From Candidatus Omnitrophota bacterium (GTDB lineage: Bacteria > Omnitrophota > Gorgyraeia > Zapsychrales > Fredricksoniimonadaceae): a stretch of 64,000 bases of DNA. Each line of letters opens with the position of its first letter. Position 1 is the first letter of the stretch. This document shows positions 15,001 to 30,000 of the stretch, piece by piece. The position numbers and the translations under genes were made by a program. The stretch is from contig CAIVRE010000008.1 in the NCBI GenBank assembly GCA_903908245.1, forward strand, positions 1,432 to 65,431, written 5' to 3'. The notes under the pieces were generated by a model. The model saw nothing but the letters and a program-made list of their open reading frames with translations, made no database searches and was not told where the DNA came from.

Positions 15001-18000
15001 AAAACAATCCAGGACAACGATCCCCAGGCGGCGGGCTTCGCTCAACAGCTCTTTTAATTGCGCCTCCCCGCCGTAAGACGGCTCGACTGCCGTCGGGTCC
15101 CACAGCGCGAACGGCCATTCCCCGTTCCTGTTCGCCGATGTCCCCGTAAGCCAGATGACCTTGACGCCCTGTGCCGCCAGGCGCGGCAGGCCCTCTTTGG
15201 TAATATATTCGATCTGCCCGCCGGCCGGCCCGAAATCCCGCACCATGGCCTGATACCAGACACCCGCCGAAGCCTTGCGCAACGCCTCCGACGGACGAGC
15301 ATCAACGATATCATCGAACAGGCAATAAACGCTCTCGATCGCCGCGGCCAGGCTCCACGCCTGGGCCGGGCACCCTTCCCGGTTCCACTCGACAGGGCTC
15401 CGCGCGTTCCCGCTGAGGATCTCGGGGATCGAACGCCAGGTCGTGCCATCATTAAGGAATGCCTCGACCGACCGGAACCAGCCCGTTCCTGTCAACAACC
15501 CGGCTGTTCTCTCTTTCCCGTCCACATCAATACTGGCTTCAACAAAGCCCTTCATGAGCCAGGGCCAGATCGTCCCCTGATGATACGACTCGATATGTCC
15601 CTCGTTACGATGCTCGGCACGATACGCCTTGTCGTTCATCGACAGCGTCCGCAGTCCGAACGGCGTCAGCAATTCTTTCCTGACCGTATCGAGCGCCCGG
15701 CGCGCCCGATCCCCGCCGAGCAGGGCCGTACGGATCGCGAATACCTGGTTGGGCCGGACCTGGGCCTGCTGCCGCGGATCCCCGTCAATAACATCGAACA
15801 GGCATTGTTTTTCCTCATTCCAGAACTTCGCAAAGCCGGCAGCCACCCGCGCCGCCGCCGTCTCGTACCCGACGGCCCCGGCCTCATCACCCCTGAAACG
15901 CATCACGCGCGACATGAACAGGAGCCCGTCATACCACAACGCATTGATCTCGACGGCCTTGCCATGACGGCTGGTGGTCGGCCTGCCTCTGCCATCCTCG
16001 GGGGCCGCATCCATCCACGTCAAATTGGTATCCTCACTGCCTGCCGCAACAAGGCCGTCCGCCGGATCCATCCGCACACGCACGGTCTGGCGGTACTGCC
16101 CGCGCTCGCCCCAGACATCTTCGCAGGCAACACCCTCAAGGCTCTGCAGTTGCTCCATGATCCCGGCCAACACATCCAGGACTTTAACGGTCTTCCCCGC
16201 ATCCTTTCCGAACTTTCGCACAACAGGATCATTCAGGAAGGCGTAATCCCCGGTCGCTTTGATATGATCGCTGACCGCCCGGAACAGCCAAAAAGTAGCG
16301 TCAACGCTGTTATACCGCGGATCATTGCCGTTCCCGACAAGATTGGGCAACAGGCCGTCCTTGACGAAACGCAGATAATTCCTCAACACCTGCCGGAATA
16401 TTTCATGATTGCCGGTCATGGAACACAGAGCCGGCAGGGAGATCATGGTATCACGGCCCCAGTTCACGTAAGGCGCGCCGGAACGGCGGTCAAAATTCGG
16501 CATCCCGGCCACAACGGTCAGGCCGATATCGGGATCGTTCACAACAAAATCAAAAGCCGCCCGGCGCAAACGTCCGGCCAAAACCTTGACCTGGGCCGCT
16601 TCGTCATCCGGCATCGAAGAACGCCCTTCATCCAGGACACCGCGCAGGCACGCCGCAACAAAAGTCTCTCCCTGTTCAACCGCCCGCGCCTCCAGCGACC
16701 GGAGCATGGAACGGCGAAGTCCGTCAAGCCTGGCCGGGCCAAAAGCCATCACAAGGTCACGGACAACAAAAACCAGTGTCGTGCGCTCACGGGCACTGCG
16801 GCTCCCGGCCAATACCGCCAATACCGCGTCAATATTCTCAAGAGAAGCGAACCGCGCGCCTTCATGCCCGGCCAGGAACGCCAATGCAAGCGCTAGCCTC
16901 TGACGGACAGGATCCCTGTCCGCGCGGTCGAACAGGCCCGCCAGCCGCGCCGGAAAGGACGGATCGACCGGATATCCGAAAAGGACAGCCGATGTCAATG
17001 TCTCCCCGAAAAGAGCCGCCCAACGCACCGCCATATCCCCCGGCAACGTGATCCCCTGCCCGAACCCGCCAAGGATCCGTGCAAAAAGCTCAGGCGTCGT
17101 TTCCACCGCATCCGACAACCGGATCAGGGCCGTAATGCGGGCTTCCTCGTCATCCGATGTAAAATAAATATTCAAAAGCCGGTCGAACATCGCGGCCGCA
17201 TCCGCCGGCTTACGGACAACTTCAAAATAATTCCGGCTGTACGGGGCGGCCTCTCCCCGGCCGGCCGCAAAAACATGAACAGCCTGCTCAAGGATATCGC
17301 GCTGCGCCCGCGTATCGGCATCCGCCAGGGCCGCCAGCATCGACGGCATAATATCCTCGCCGGGCCGGTCCTGATGCTCATCCGCGAAATGGCGGGCCAG
17401 CCGGGCCAGCACTTCCCGGCGGGAAACATCTCTTTCTTTGCGATACCAGCCAAGCAGGGTCGGCAAAAGCGGATTGATCCGGCGGAACTTCTTCTCCGCC
17501 GTGGTCGATTCTTTAAGGCTCCCGTGGAACAACGCCTGCGCCAGCACAAAGATATCCCCGTCCTCATCCCGGCGGCCTCCCGGCACCATCATGCCTGCCA
17601 TCATCGCCATCCCGGCGGTCCCCGTATGAGAAGGAAAGGCCAAAGCCAGCGCAAGAACGCTCAACGCGACCAGGGCCCTGGCGACCCCGCGGCTTAAATG
17701 CCAGAACGGCTTGCAGGCCTCGCCAAAAGACATCCCGAGCGCACGGCCTTCAGGCCCGGCCACCGGAAGGGCATCCACCTCTTCCGCCGTGACCGGCGGA
17801 AAATGATCCATCAGCTCATGGTACAGCCCCCGGCGGTCCGCCGCATCCGGGCCGACAGCCTCGACCGCGGCCAGGAACTCCCGCTCCGCGCGCGCGAGCT
17901 TCAGGCCAAAAGCTTTTTTGGCGAAGAAATAATTGTAACGGAACAGCACCTCCGCCATGGCCATGATGCGCGTCTGCGGCACATACGACGGATGGTTCTG

Positions 18001-21000
18001 TTTCGGCCCGTCATACTTGCGGTACAGAACGTCCCGTGCCAGGTCGACCAGGCTCACCTGCTCGGACTGCTGGTTCCCGTGCTGATCGATATATTCGATC
18101 AACGCCAGGACATGCGGATCGAACAACCCTGTCTTCATGAAGCGCCGGGCCGTTACGATCATGTCGTTGCGCAGGACCCCCATGAGCTCATCCTCGGAGT
18201 AAGGTCCGAAACGGCCATGATGCTCCATGAACAGGTCGCAATTGCGCGGCTCCCGGCCCTGCAAGCAGATCCCCTCGTATTTTCCATTACCGGAGATAAA
18301 AATGACTCCGCGCAAATGATAGTGCACAAAGTTCGCCGTCTCCAGCGCGTTAAAGACCCTGAACTCGGCCCGTCCGCCCAGCGCCGGATAGACGGCAAAC
18401 CCGACCGCGACGGACTGACCGGCGCGGGCATCGCACAGCTTCTGCAGCGCCGCCAGGATCTGTTCATGGCCCTGCGGAAAAGCCTCGGCCAGCGGGGCCA
18501 TTATCTCCGACGGAGCCGAACGCAGGTACCCGCACACCCTTCCCGCCGCCATCGGCACCAGGATATGGGAATCGGTCAGCCACCGGAACACGGCGTCCGC
18601 ATCAACCCCTTCCGCGGCCAACAGGTTCTTGTCGATCTCGAGACGATACTGCCGAGCCGCGTTCTCGATCATGGACCTCATCTGCAGCGGATTTACCAAA
18701 GGCTGAAGGACTCTGCCCTGCGGATCAACGTTGACCTGAACATATCTCTCCCTCTCGCTGTCCTTCTCTTTAAAATGCTTCCTGAGCCGGTCTTCCAGCC
18801 GCGCCAGGTCATAGCGCCCCTTGACCTCGCTCCCGGCCAATTGCCCGCCGGCAAGGACATCCTCCGCCCGTTTCTGCGGGTCTGTACTGCCCGCGAACCG
18901 GTAGGCCGCAACAAGAATATCGCGCGCGCCGGGACTGGTCATGAACGCATCGGCCATCCGGTGGACGACCGACTGCTGATCATTGAGTTTCTTGCGGAAC
19001 CGGAAAAGCGACAGCGCGGCCGCGGCCCGTGCCCTGGCCTCATAGACCATGGCCTTCGAGAGCCAACGACGGAGCGGGATACGGGCCTCTCCCTCCATCC
19101 CCAGCTCGACAAGGCCGTAAGAATCATGATCACCGGTAGAGAAGAAATCCCGGTAACCGACAAAACGGACACGGAAATCATTCTTAAGCTCGATCTTCTC
19201 GAAGAACCGCTCAATGTCCTCGACATGGATCGCAATGTAGTCGGTGGTCGGCATCGACCCCAGCGGAGCCTCGTCCCGGGCCTGGTCTTTAAGCAGGGAC
19301 GCTTCCATCAGGCCTGTCATCTCGGCCGCCTCTTTGGTAAGGTCCACCGCATGCCCTTCCAGATGCAGGACCGCATAGCGGGAGGCCAGTTCAAGGGCCA
19401 GGTCGGCGGCCGGAACACCCCTTTTCAATTTGGCGATCGTACTTTCAAAACGGCGCCGGAGGCCTGCGATCTGGACATCCTTGCCGAACACCAGCTCGGC
19501 CGCGACCTTCTCGGCGGCGAGCTTGGCCAGCCGCTCGTGCAGGCGGCCAAAGTCACTGGCCCGAAGCAGGCTGACCGGATACGCCATGCCACGCAGATAT
19601 TTGCCTGCCACAGGCCCGTTCACATCCGGCCGGGACGCCAGATAGGCGAAAGACGTCACGCGCATCTGGTCGGCATAAACAATGTGGAAATAAATATCGT
19701 ACAACAGCGTCTCAAGCAATTCGCCGGAGGTCTTGCTGGAAGACACGTAACGCGCATAGTTGATGCGCAGGCGGCCATCGAGGATCTCGGCAACGTTCAG
19801 GGTCTTTGGATCAAAGGCAAAAAGGACCGAGGCAGGCATCAGGGCCTGCATCCCCGCGCTCTGCAATCCAAAACGGACATGATGTTCCAGCGCGTAATCC
19901 ACGTTCTTGGCAACATCCATCAGGCGGGAGAGTTCATCGATAAAAACCTCGCGCCCTTCACGTAAAAAGAGCTCGTGGAACCAGCCGATAAAAACATGAT
20001 CCATTTCCGTGATGCAAGAGGTCTCTGCCTGACTGGCAACAAGATCGGACAATAAAGTATGGAACGCACCGGCAGAAATGTCGGCCGGCACGGCCCTGGC
20101 ATTAACGAACTCGGTTACGCTCTTTTTATACGCCGCGCGCTGCTGGGCCGAAGAGCGCGCGATCAGCTGCCATGTCTCCCTTTGCACATTAGAGGTCGCA
20201 AATTTGAAATAACGATCTGCCGCCAGCTGGATAGCGACCGCTTCATTACGGGCAGACAGGTATATCTCGACCATATCCCCGGTGAGTTCCGCATCTTTCG
20301 GATCGACCCGGCGCACGTCGGTCAGCCAGGCCACAAATGTCTTTTTATCCACAAAAGAGCCCGGCGCCCAACGGACATCATTCCCGACCCTGGCCGCCAC
20401 CGGGAAATACGAATACAGAAAAATGGCCCCGTAACGATGCCAGGAAACATCCTTCTCGGCCATGACGACCTGGGTCTGATACAGGATACGGGAAACGCGC
20501 ATCAGCGCTTCACGCACCTCTTTGCGGCGGGAACGATAGGCGAACGACCGGAACGTCGCAGACGAAGCGATACGGGCTTCCTTTAAATGCGGCCAGAACA
20601 AAAGACGGAACACGCGCGACAGGACCACGCGCACCACCCCGTGCCAGCCGGCAAACAGCGCCGGCTCACCCAAACGCGCCCGTGACGAAGCAATGGAGCG
20701 CAGCGATAAAAGGAGCATGGCAATTCCCGCGATCCCTCCGGCCGCAAGCAAACACAATGAAACGATATGCGTTAAGGACATCCCGGCCGTGGCCAACACT
20801 ACCGGGAAAACCAGCCAGGCATGGCTGTAGAGTCGAACATCCTTGTCGGCAGGCAATGACGCGGGCTGCTGCCCGGGGAGCTCAACGCCATCAACCGTGA
20901 ACGCCTCGGCCAGGATCCGGCCCCAGGTGCCCGGCGCCAGGTCCCGGCGGGTATAAAGATCTCCCCCGGTGATCCTCCTGGCGGCCTCGATCATACGAAT

Positions 21001-24000
21001 CAGGGTCCTGTGCCACCCCTGCGATGCCACCGTGCGGACAAACGCCGCGCGCAGGCCGGTATTGGCAGGATCGATCTCACCCTTTTGGGCCTTCTCGGCC
21101 AGAAGCTCGTCGATATTGCGGCGTTCTTTGCTGTTAAGCCCGTCAGCCCCGCGTAACAGCACCGGATGCGGTACCAGAACGCCAAACAACGCAACCTTCG
21201 GCGAAAGCCGCTGATATTCTCCGGTCAATTCATGGATCACGATCCCCTGCGTGACCGTATCCACCACCGCGTCACCATTGAAAATGAACAGATACCCGCG
21301 CACATCCTTCATGCCCGCCGCGACACGGTCATATTTGGGCATCTTGTATTCGACCGTCGCGGCAATGGTCATGTCCATATCCGTACCGCGGTCCTCGGTC
21401 TTGGACTCGACCAGATAAACCCCTGCCGGCAGGACATTCGTCCGCTGATCGTTCTCATTCGAAGCCTGAGGCGCATCAACGGTCAATTCAAAATCTATTT
21501 CCGGATTCCCGAATGAGAACCGGGTGACCCTGGAATTCCGGACCGCATCCTCCAGGCTCCTGGCCGCAACAAGCTCGCCAAGGAACTCGACCTGCGGGCG
21601 GCCCCGGCCGTTGAAGATACGATTGAGAGTGAGTTCAACCCCGGGAACACGGCGCGCGATGAAATGCATCGCCGCCCGGAAGATGTCCGCAAACTCCGGC
21701 TCGCCGGCCATGATCTCCAGCGCCTGACGGGCTCTTGCCGACGTGACAAGATCATGCGGCTCATCATCGACCATGGCCGCGCGCTGACAAATATCATTCT
21801 CTGAAGCAGAAGGATCAACAAAATGCAGGAGCTCATGACGTGCGACCTTGCGCAGATCCTGCGGCGGTGCGCGCAAAGCGTAATTGTAGCTGACAAACAA
21901 ACGGCCGGCGGCAATATCAGCCTCGGCAATAATACCGGGGACGCTTTCCTCGATAGCAATACCATAAATATCAATACCCTCTGCGCCTTTACCGATCACG
22001 CGCCGGGCATCCGCCAGTGCCAGACGGACCCTGCCGCGAGCCTGGGCCTTCTCGATGTCCGTAAGCGGCACGCGCGGCTCGGTCTCCCCCTCGGGATATC
22101 CACGGCGCATGGGTTTCAGATGCGCGGTCAGCCACGGCACTTCCTGTGACCCGTACTCCCACAAAGCCGCTCCCGTCAACCAATACACCTTAGCCATACC
22201 ATCCGCGCGCATTTCCAGGAAGATCTGACTGTTGAAATCCAGGCAAAGCTCGGGACGGGCATTGTCAAGCATCGCATCCTTGATCCTCATCCCCGGCGTA
22301 GAAAGAGCCTCGAACCCGCCCCATGTGCCCCTGGAATGCCCCACGACCTGCGGCGGAATGCCTGGCACTGCCCGGGTCTGGTCGGCATCCGCCCAGAAAA
22401 TACCGCCGTACTCATTCCCGAAATTATCACTGGTCCTCGATCCCGGGACCCAGAAAAGCGGATGCGACATCACCCAGGCAATCTTCTCCTGGTCATCCCC
22501 GGCGTCGAGGACGATCTGCGCGGCCATACGAACGAAATCATTGATATACGCGACAACATCCCGGATCATCACCATCTGAACCGGGATCCCCTGCTGACGC
22601 GCCACTTCTTCCTTCAGGGATGCGAACATTTCCGGTACCAGCCCGCCATGAACGAACAGAACCCCTTTATGCAGGTACGCCCCGGGCAACCGGCCGGAAG
22701 CCGTTGCCTCAAGCACATACCTGCGCATTGCTTTATGTTCCGGCGTTGATTCGATCTGAAGCGAGCACAAAACCTTGTAAATACGGCTCACATGCCGGCC
22801 GCCGCGGATCTCGCCAAAGACCTTTAGCGGATCATTGGCCGCCTCCCAGCGCGCCCACCCGCCGGCGACAGGCGAAAGGTATTTCTGCTCGATCATCCAG
22901 TCGAACACCGACTCATCATCCGTGAACGCGCCCTTGCCAACGAATCCGTCGGCATTCCAGAGCATCAGCTCGTGATTCCCCATAAGCGTGACCACGCGCC
23001 CGCCGGCCTTCCCGGCCTCGACCTGCAGCGTTTCCAGGAAACGGAAAACGCTCATTGTATTGCGGATCCCCTCTTCGGTTTCCTGGCGCGTCACATCCCC
23101 CAGCTGAATGACCGTCGTATCGCCGCCGATCCAATGGTCCTGGTCATCGATCACCTTCATAAAACGCAAATGCGCGATCACGGAATCCAGCCATCCGTGA
23201 ACATCCGCCAAGACCACCGTACGGCCGGCCTTGTCATCAGCAGTGATCACCTTTGAAGTCGGAAGCGCCTGGACTTTGAAAGCGGACGTAGACGCCGGTA
23301 TCACGGGATCAGCCTTTACAACAGCCTCTTGGCTCTTCTTTCTCAACATCCAGGCAACAACAGAACCGGCCGCCAACGCCAAAAGCCCGGCGAGAGACGC
23401 ATAGAGGATCCACAGGTTGTTCACCGCCGGATGCGGCGCCTGCGGAACCACAGCTGATTGCGTTGCCGGGACATTGGGGACAATATTCGTGGACGGAACC
23501 GCGGGCTTAATGACCGCGGGAATCGTCGCAGGCTGAGCCGGAACATTAGTGACCGGTGTCACAACAGGCGCCGGAACCGTCGGCGCCACAGGCGCGGGCG
23601 GCTGAACAACCGCGACCGGCCGAGCCACTTTCTTCATCAACAGCTCGCGGACAACTTCCGCCGCAGGCTTGGGCGTCAGGTCGCTCTTGAAAAGACCAAA
23701 ATCATTCTCATTGGCGAAATTGTCATACGCCATACCCTCATGCCTGGCGCTGCCCGTTTTCCAGGACTCGTTGGTGAGCTCGAAAACAAACATACCCTTA
23801 AAGCGGGGATCCTTTGCCTTGTCGAGGCCCGCGATCATGCTCTTCAAAATATTACCGACCGCGCGAGTCTGCATCGGCGCATCCTCACGGCCGGTACGAT
23901 TGTTGAAAGAATCGGCGCCGGCCTCACCGAGCACAAGATGGACATCCTTCGGCATCCCCTCGGCAGAAAGCATCTGCTGCCAATCCCTGATGACACTCGC

Positions 24001-27000
24001 CGGAGCATCCCAGCGGTAAACATTGGCGAACCAGGTCTTGATCCCGCTGGAACGAACAGCCTCAGCCGTTGGCAGATCGGCCGTAGCAGAGGCCACCAAA
24101 ACGTTGGGGAAATTCCTGGCGATCCAGTCGGCCGCCGCGTTGCGCTCTTTCTGCCACTGCGCAAGGCTGCCGGCATAAGTCTTGTTCTCTTCTTCATTGC
24201 CCAGGACGATATAACGCAAAGCCGGATGACCGGCAACAGTGCGTAAATATTCCTGATAACTGCCGTTCTGGATATCGCGGCGCTCGATACCAACCGATAC
24301 CATCAGGCCGCGCTTAGCCGCTTCATCCAAAGTTTCCTTAGGCGTGAAAGAATAGGTGCGGATATCAGTAAAGCCGTAGGCACGGGCCAGGTCCATCATG
24401 GCCGGAGCTTTTTCCCAATGATGCTGCTTGCCGTTAAACGTCGAGAAGCACACGCCGCGGATCGGCATAACGCTATTGAGCTCGTCGCGGTTAACCCAGG
24501 TAACATCGGCCGCTATAGCCGGCGGAGCCAGCGTTTGCGGAACATTGTTCTCGATCTGCCGAGCAGGCTCATTCGGACTGGCGCGATCCGGAGCTATTAC
24601 GGCCGCCGGGGCTTGCGGTACAGCCGTCGGAGCTGTAGTAACCATCGTCGCCGCGGGCAGTACAGGCATCGGGGTATTATTAACACGCTTCGAATCCATC
24701 GGGGTCAGGAACAGCAAGGCAAGAAGGACGGCGCCAAAGATCCATTTTCTGATATGGGACATGCGGGACATGGCCGCGGAAGCACTGACCTGCGGCACAT
24801 CAACGCTATTAACCTCTGTGACCATCGTGTTAAATGTCGCGCGGGCCTTTGCCTCATTATTGCCATTGGCGTCCAAAAGACCCTGCCAGAACGCCTTGAA
24901 TTTCTTGTTCGTTGCAACAGCCGCCACCGACGCCTTCGCGATCGCTGTTTCACGCGCCGCATCAATGCCCTTCTGCATGGAAGCGGCCTGGGCGTCACTG
25001 ATCGCTTTCGCGAAAGCTTTCCTTGCGCCCGCTTCATCATTATAAGTCAGGGTCATGGCCTTCTTGAGGCCGGCATCAACCCCGCCCCAAATAACATCCG
25101 TCACCAACGAAGCAATATTGTCATCCTTGCGCGCTTGACGGATATCCGCGACTGCGATCGTTTTCAACGCGATCTCTGCCTGCTTGGCCTTACTATCTGC
25201 CTCGACCTTTTTAGCGTCTTCTTTGACTTTCTTCGCGGCCTCTTCGGCCTTCTGAGCGTCTTCCGCAGCCTTTTTCGCAGCAGCCTTGACCGGATCCGCC
25301 GCATCCCTGGCCGCGGCTTCTTTGTCCGCCGCCGCCTTCTGCGCCGCCAATTCAGCCGACGTCCTGGCGCCATTGACCTTCGCAGCCCCGGCCTGGACCT
25401 GAACAACATCAACCGCCGCCACTTTTGCCTGCGCCAGGAAGTTCGCGGTCACGGCCGGATCAACATTCTTAAAGCCCTTCACCGCCGCTGCCATATCAAC
25501 CGCAGCCAAACTCGCATTTACACCGAACACCCCGGACAGTACATGAACGAAACAACGAACACCGCCCCACAAAGACAGGAATATAAACGCCCCCAACTGC
25601 ACAAGAGCCTCGATCCCGATAAAAGACATGAACCGATCTATAACCTTGCTCCGGAAACCAGACTTACGATCGATCGCAATCGGGGCATATTCCATTTCCG
25701 TCAGCAGCCAGTCGATCGTCTCCAGTTGCTCGCGGGTCGGAGCGCCATTCAATGTTTCTTCCGCTCTCAGAAGCTGAGCGCGCAAGCCCTCAACCATATC
25801 AGCGGCACCCCTGACCAGTTCAAGCGCAGCGAGATATTTCTTCAGATATTCAATGCGATTCAACAGATCATACGCGAACGGATTATAATTGGTGCCATTG
25901 ATCGCCGCCCCCTTAAGAGCGCTCACTTCCACCGGAGCCGGGTAGACATAATCATCAGCGGAAGCATATGCCGCCTTGCCCGCCATCGGCGCATCGCGCA
26001 GGACCGTCAAGGCACGGAAGACCGACGGCAAGGAAGCACGCGTATACAGCCGGCGGGCATGCCCAGGATAAATATGGTACAGGCTCAGGACCTCAGCGAA
26101 TGGCTCATCCCCGCTCTTGCCAACCTTGGCCGCCGCATTAAGAATGCTCTTCTGCAAACGATCCTCGGCATTCCGAAGAACCGGCAGGAACCCGCTCAGC
26201 TTGTACTGCATCCGCTCGATGATATCGATCACGCCCCAGGCAAAGGCATAGCCGACATGACGGGCATTCTCAAGGCGGTCACTGATCTTATGATCCGTCC
26301 GGGCCGGATTTAAGATGAACGGCGCGCCAACGCCGGCCAGCGGCATAAGCATGGTCACGATCCAAAGGACTGCCTTGGCCGGATGGAACCCGACCGCGAT
26401 AAGCACGATCAAGGCGAAACCGGCCGCAGTCTGGATCGCCGGAGAACTGCGCATATAAACCGCCTGCCAATCCAGTTCACGCTCAATGTTCCCGCCCTTG
26501 CCACCCGTGCTGATAAAGCGCCCCAAACGGCTGGCCGCGAGTTTGCCAATGGTCTCGTTATACACAAAGATCATATGAACATAGAAAACAAACAACCTCG
26601 GGAAACCGGCAATGGTCTTGGCAATACCGCCGATATACCCGTTGGCACGGTCAAAAATGTTGTAGCAAAAGAGCCCTGAGCTGATCGCCTGCGACAAGGC
26701 CTGGGACCCGACCCACAATACCAGCGGCAACCCGGAGAAGAGGTTCCAGTCAAGGACCAGATAGAACGGCACCAACCACTTGAGGTAACGGACGATCGAC
26801 GGCTTCTTGAAATAGAACCCGAACCCGTCAAGCCAGAGGTTATTGGCCAGATACGGCCAATCCACGAACGGCGACATCATCATCTTGAGGTTGGTGCGGC
26901 CGGTCGCCGACTCAACAGAATCGTACGACCACTTGCGGATCGGATTACGGGCCGCCTGGAACTGGTTCGGCCAGCCTTTTTCGTCCTTCACATAACCGGC

Positions 27001-30000
27001 ATAACCCGTGATATAACCGAACCGGCGATAATTCATGGCCGTAAGTGCGTCCTCGGCAACGTACGAATCCGTGATCCCTTCCGACCAACGCAGCGCCGAC
27101 ACGCGCTCAAAAAGCTTGCCGTAAGCCGCAAGCCCGCCGAAGAGCGTCTTGCCCCTCATCGCGTGATAATAGAACGCATTTTCCGAAGTCGGCAGGATAC
27201 TGCCCAGAGGCCCGACATCCTGGGTGATCGTGTGTTTAACGACCGGAGTCGAGGTGGCCAGGCCGGGATTATAGAAGAACTCGTTAATATGGGCTGCAAT
27301 GAACTGGCTGTCCACCATATTGGCGCGATGGTCCGCGTCGATATTCAGGACGACCGGGCCGATCAAATACGGCAGGACACATGTTTTCTGATTCCACTTG
27401 GCGCGATGATAGATCTCCTGCTTGTCGCTGAACTTCGGCAATGATGTCCCTTCCAAAAGCAGGCCGGGGAACACACGGTCATTGCGGATCAGGCCGAACA
27501 ACATGCGCAAGCCTTCAGTCTTTGCCAAAAGCTGGACGATCTCCGCCGCCGTAAGGCCTTTGATGACCTGGCCATTGGCATCCAGTTTGGCTGTATCCGC
27601 ATAATTGGTCTCAATAAGAACATCAACAACCTGCCGCAATTTACCATTAAGAGCATTGTTCAACGCCGCCAGCGTCCCGAGGTTGCGCTCGATGACGCGG
27701 ATCTTTGTATAAGCCGCGTTCTCCTCAACACCGAACTGACGGGCATAAGACTTCGCTATTCTCAAGAGCACGTCCTGATGCGAACGGGCATTATTGTAAC
27801 CGGTCGGCAATTGACGGTTAGCCCATTCCTTGATCTCGGGCCAAACAGGCCATTTCACAAGCCCGGCCGGCATATAGCGCGGATCCTTGACCATCTTGAG
27901 GATCTCCTTGCGCTTGGCCGCATCATTGACCAAACGATCGACCATCAACAGGAACGCTTCCGTCTTGTACTTGGCCAGCATACCCAGGCGATGCGTGAAC
28001 TGCTCTGTGCCATCAACCTGCTGGGTAACCGTAAGGCCCGCATCATCGAACCAGTAATCTTCCGTTGCGCCATTGATCAGCAGCGTCATCGGGATCAGGT
28101 CATCCCAGCTCATCGGTTCCAGGCCCTTATCCTGACGATAATTCCCGTTAATATATTCGATCAAGCGAACGATGCCGATACGGTCATCATTCCTGGCTTT
28201 AACCCCGTCCACCACGACCCGGCGAGCCATCTGGGCCACCAGCGCCTCGATCTCAACACGAAGAGCCTTCAGCGCAACTGCCCTGCCAACCCCCATCGCC
28301 TCGACCAGGCTGTCCAGACGAGCCGCGATCGGAGTTCCGATCGTCGACACATCTTTAGCGAAGAAGTTATACCCGTTATTGGCGACCATCTCGCGAATAA
28401 CCTCAACAAAGAACGCCAGGCGCTCCTGGCCACGGGTCGTATACTGCGTACCGATAGCCGGAGTTTCATCGCCAAACAGAGACATCAGGCGACTTACGAC
28501 CTTCCCCGGGCTCTTCTTATTGTTCAACTCGTAGACATTGTTGACCCAGTTGTACCCGAAGCTCGCCATCCCCATGAAAAGATAATTGAACGCATAGAAA
28601 CTCAGGCGCCATGTATCAAGGAAGATGAGGGCCGGTATGACCTGCAAACCGATCTGCAACCAGACCGGCACTGCAATGATCAATGTCGGCAAGCACAGCG
28701 ACCACGGGAAGACCACGGCCGTAATAAGCGCCAGCGCCTGTGCCGCGTAGAACCACATCAGGCGGGAGCGCAGCTTCTTGATGATCGCGGCCTTCTTGGC
28801 CTCAAGCGCCTTGACCACCTGCTCGTTATCCTTGTTCTTGTCGATCGCCTTCTCCAACGCTTTAATATGAGCCTCAAAAGATCTGGTCAAACGCACCTTG
28901 ATCAGGGCACCGAAAATAAGGCCCATCAACGATGCAAATGCTCCCATGATCATGCCCCACGGCATGGCCACAAAATTGGCCACGCCCACACCCTTGACAA
29001 TAAGCCCGGCCGCCGGGAACGCCAGCCAGATGAACAGGGCGCTGACCGTGCCGATCAACGTATAATGATAAACACGGCGCATCAGGTCGCGGGCCGTCTG
29101 GTTATACGCCCCGCCCTGGGAGAAGATGGCCCGGCGCCAGGACCGGCTACTCACAATGGTCCACAGCGCGATCGCATTGATCTTCCACATGGCCAGGCGT
29201 GTCTTGACCACCGGCATGCCGATCTCCTGATCGACCGCGTTGACGAACGCCAGCATGACCGGCTTGAACTCGCGCAAGAAATCCTTGATCGCTTCCTCAC
29301 GCTGGGCTTCAGGGACCGCCAGAAGGCCCTGCATCTGATCCAGCATCGCTTCCATGGTCTGGCGCAGCGGCGCAACTTTGGCCAATGTTTCGGCAGATAA
29401 AGTCCAGCCGGGCGTCTTGATGGTCGGATCCTTCTGGCCCAGGAGATAACGGAACGCATCGTTATAGATCTCTTCGGCAATGATCTCATGGAAGTTCACA
29501 ACTTTGCCCTTGGGATCGCGATTCAATTCCAGACGCTCCTGTGTCTCATTGTTGAGCAACACATGGAACACCTGCTTGAATATCTTGACCTTGTCCAGGA
29601 AGTTCGTGCCGGCAAAGGAGCCGTTGACCGTAAGCGCCGGATAAGCATATTTGGCCCAGAGATAATCCTCGGCGCGGCCCTGGCCGGCCAGCCCGAAGAG
29701 GGCGCGCTGGAAGATGACCTGCATCACAAAAAGTTTCTCGACCGAGACCAGGGCGTTACGGACCTGGCGTTCCATATCGGGCATCTTATGCAGGTCGTCC
29801 CAGGCGTAAACAACCATACCGCTTGTGACATCAAACGTATTAAAGCTGAAAAGCTCCGGCAGCTTGCGGGCATTAAAGATATTGGCGAAGAACGTCTGTT
29901 TGAGCGCCTGGATCTGGTCAGGGAACGCTTTATCGAACCCGGTATCCGTAATGACCTTGTCCGCCGCCGCCTCAACCCTGGCCTCAAAATCCTTATGCTT

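Noticed and set aside
21820-21840. HELLH (HExxH) motif (RHELLHFVDPSASE) as a zinc-metalloprotease active site
   Set aside because: A lone HExxH pentapeptide occurs by chance often in a protein of this size. No third zinc ligand or Met-turn context was recognised. Left as unassigned.
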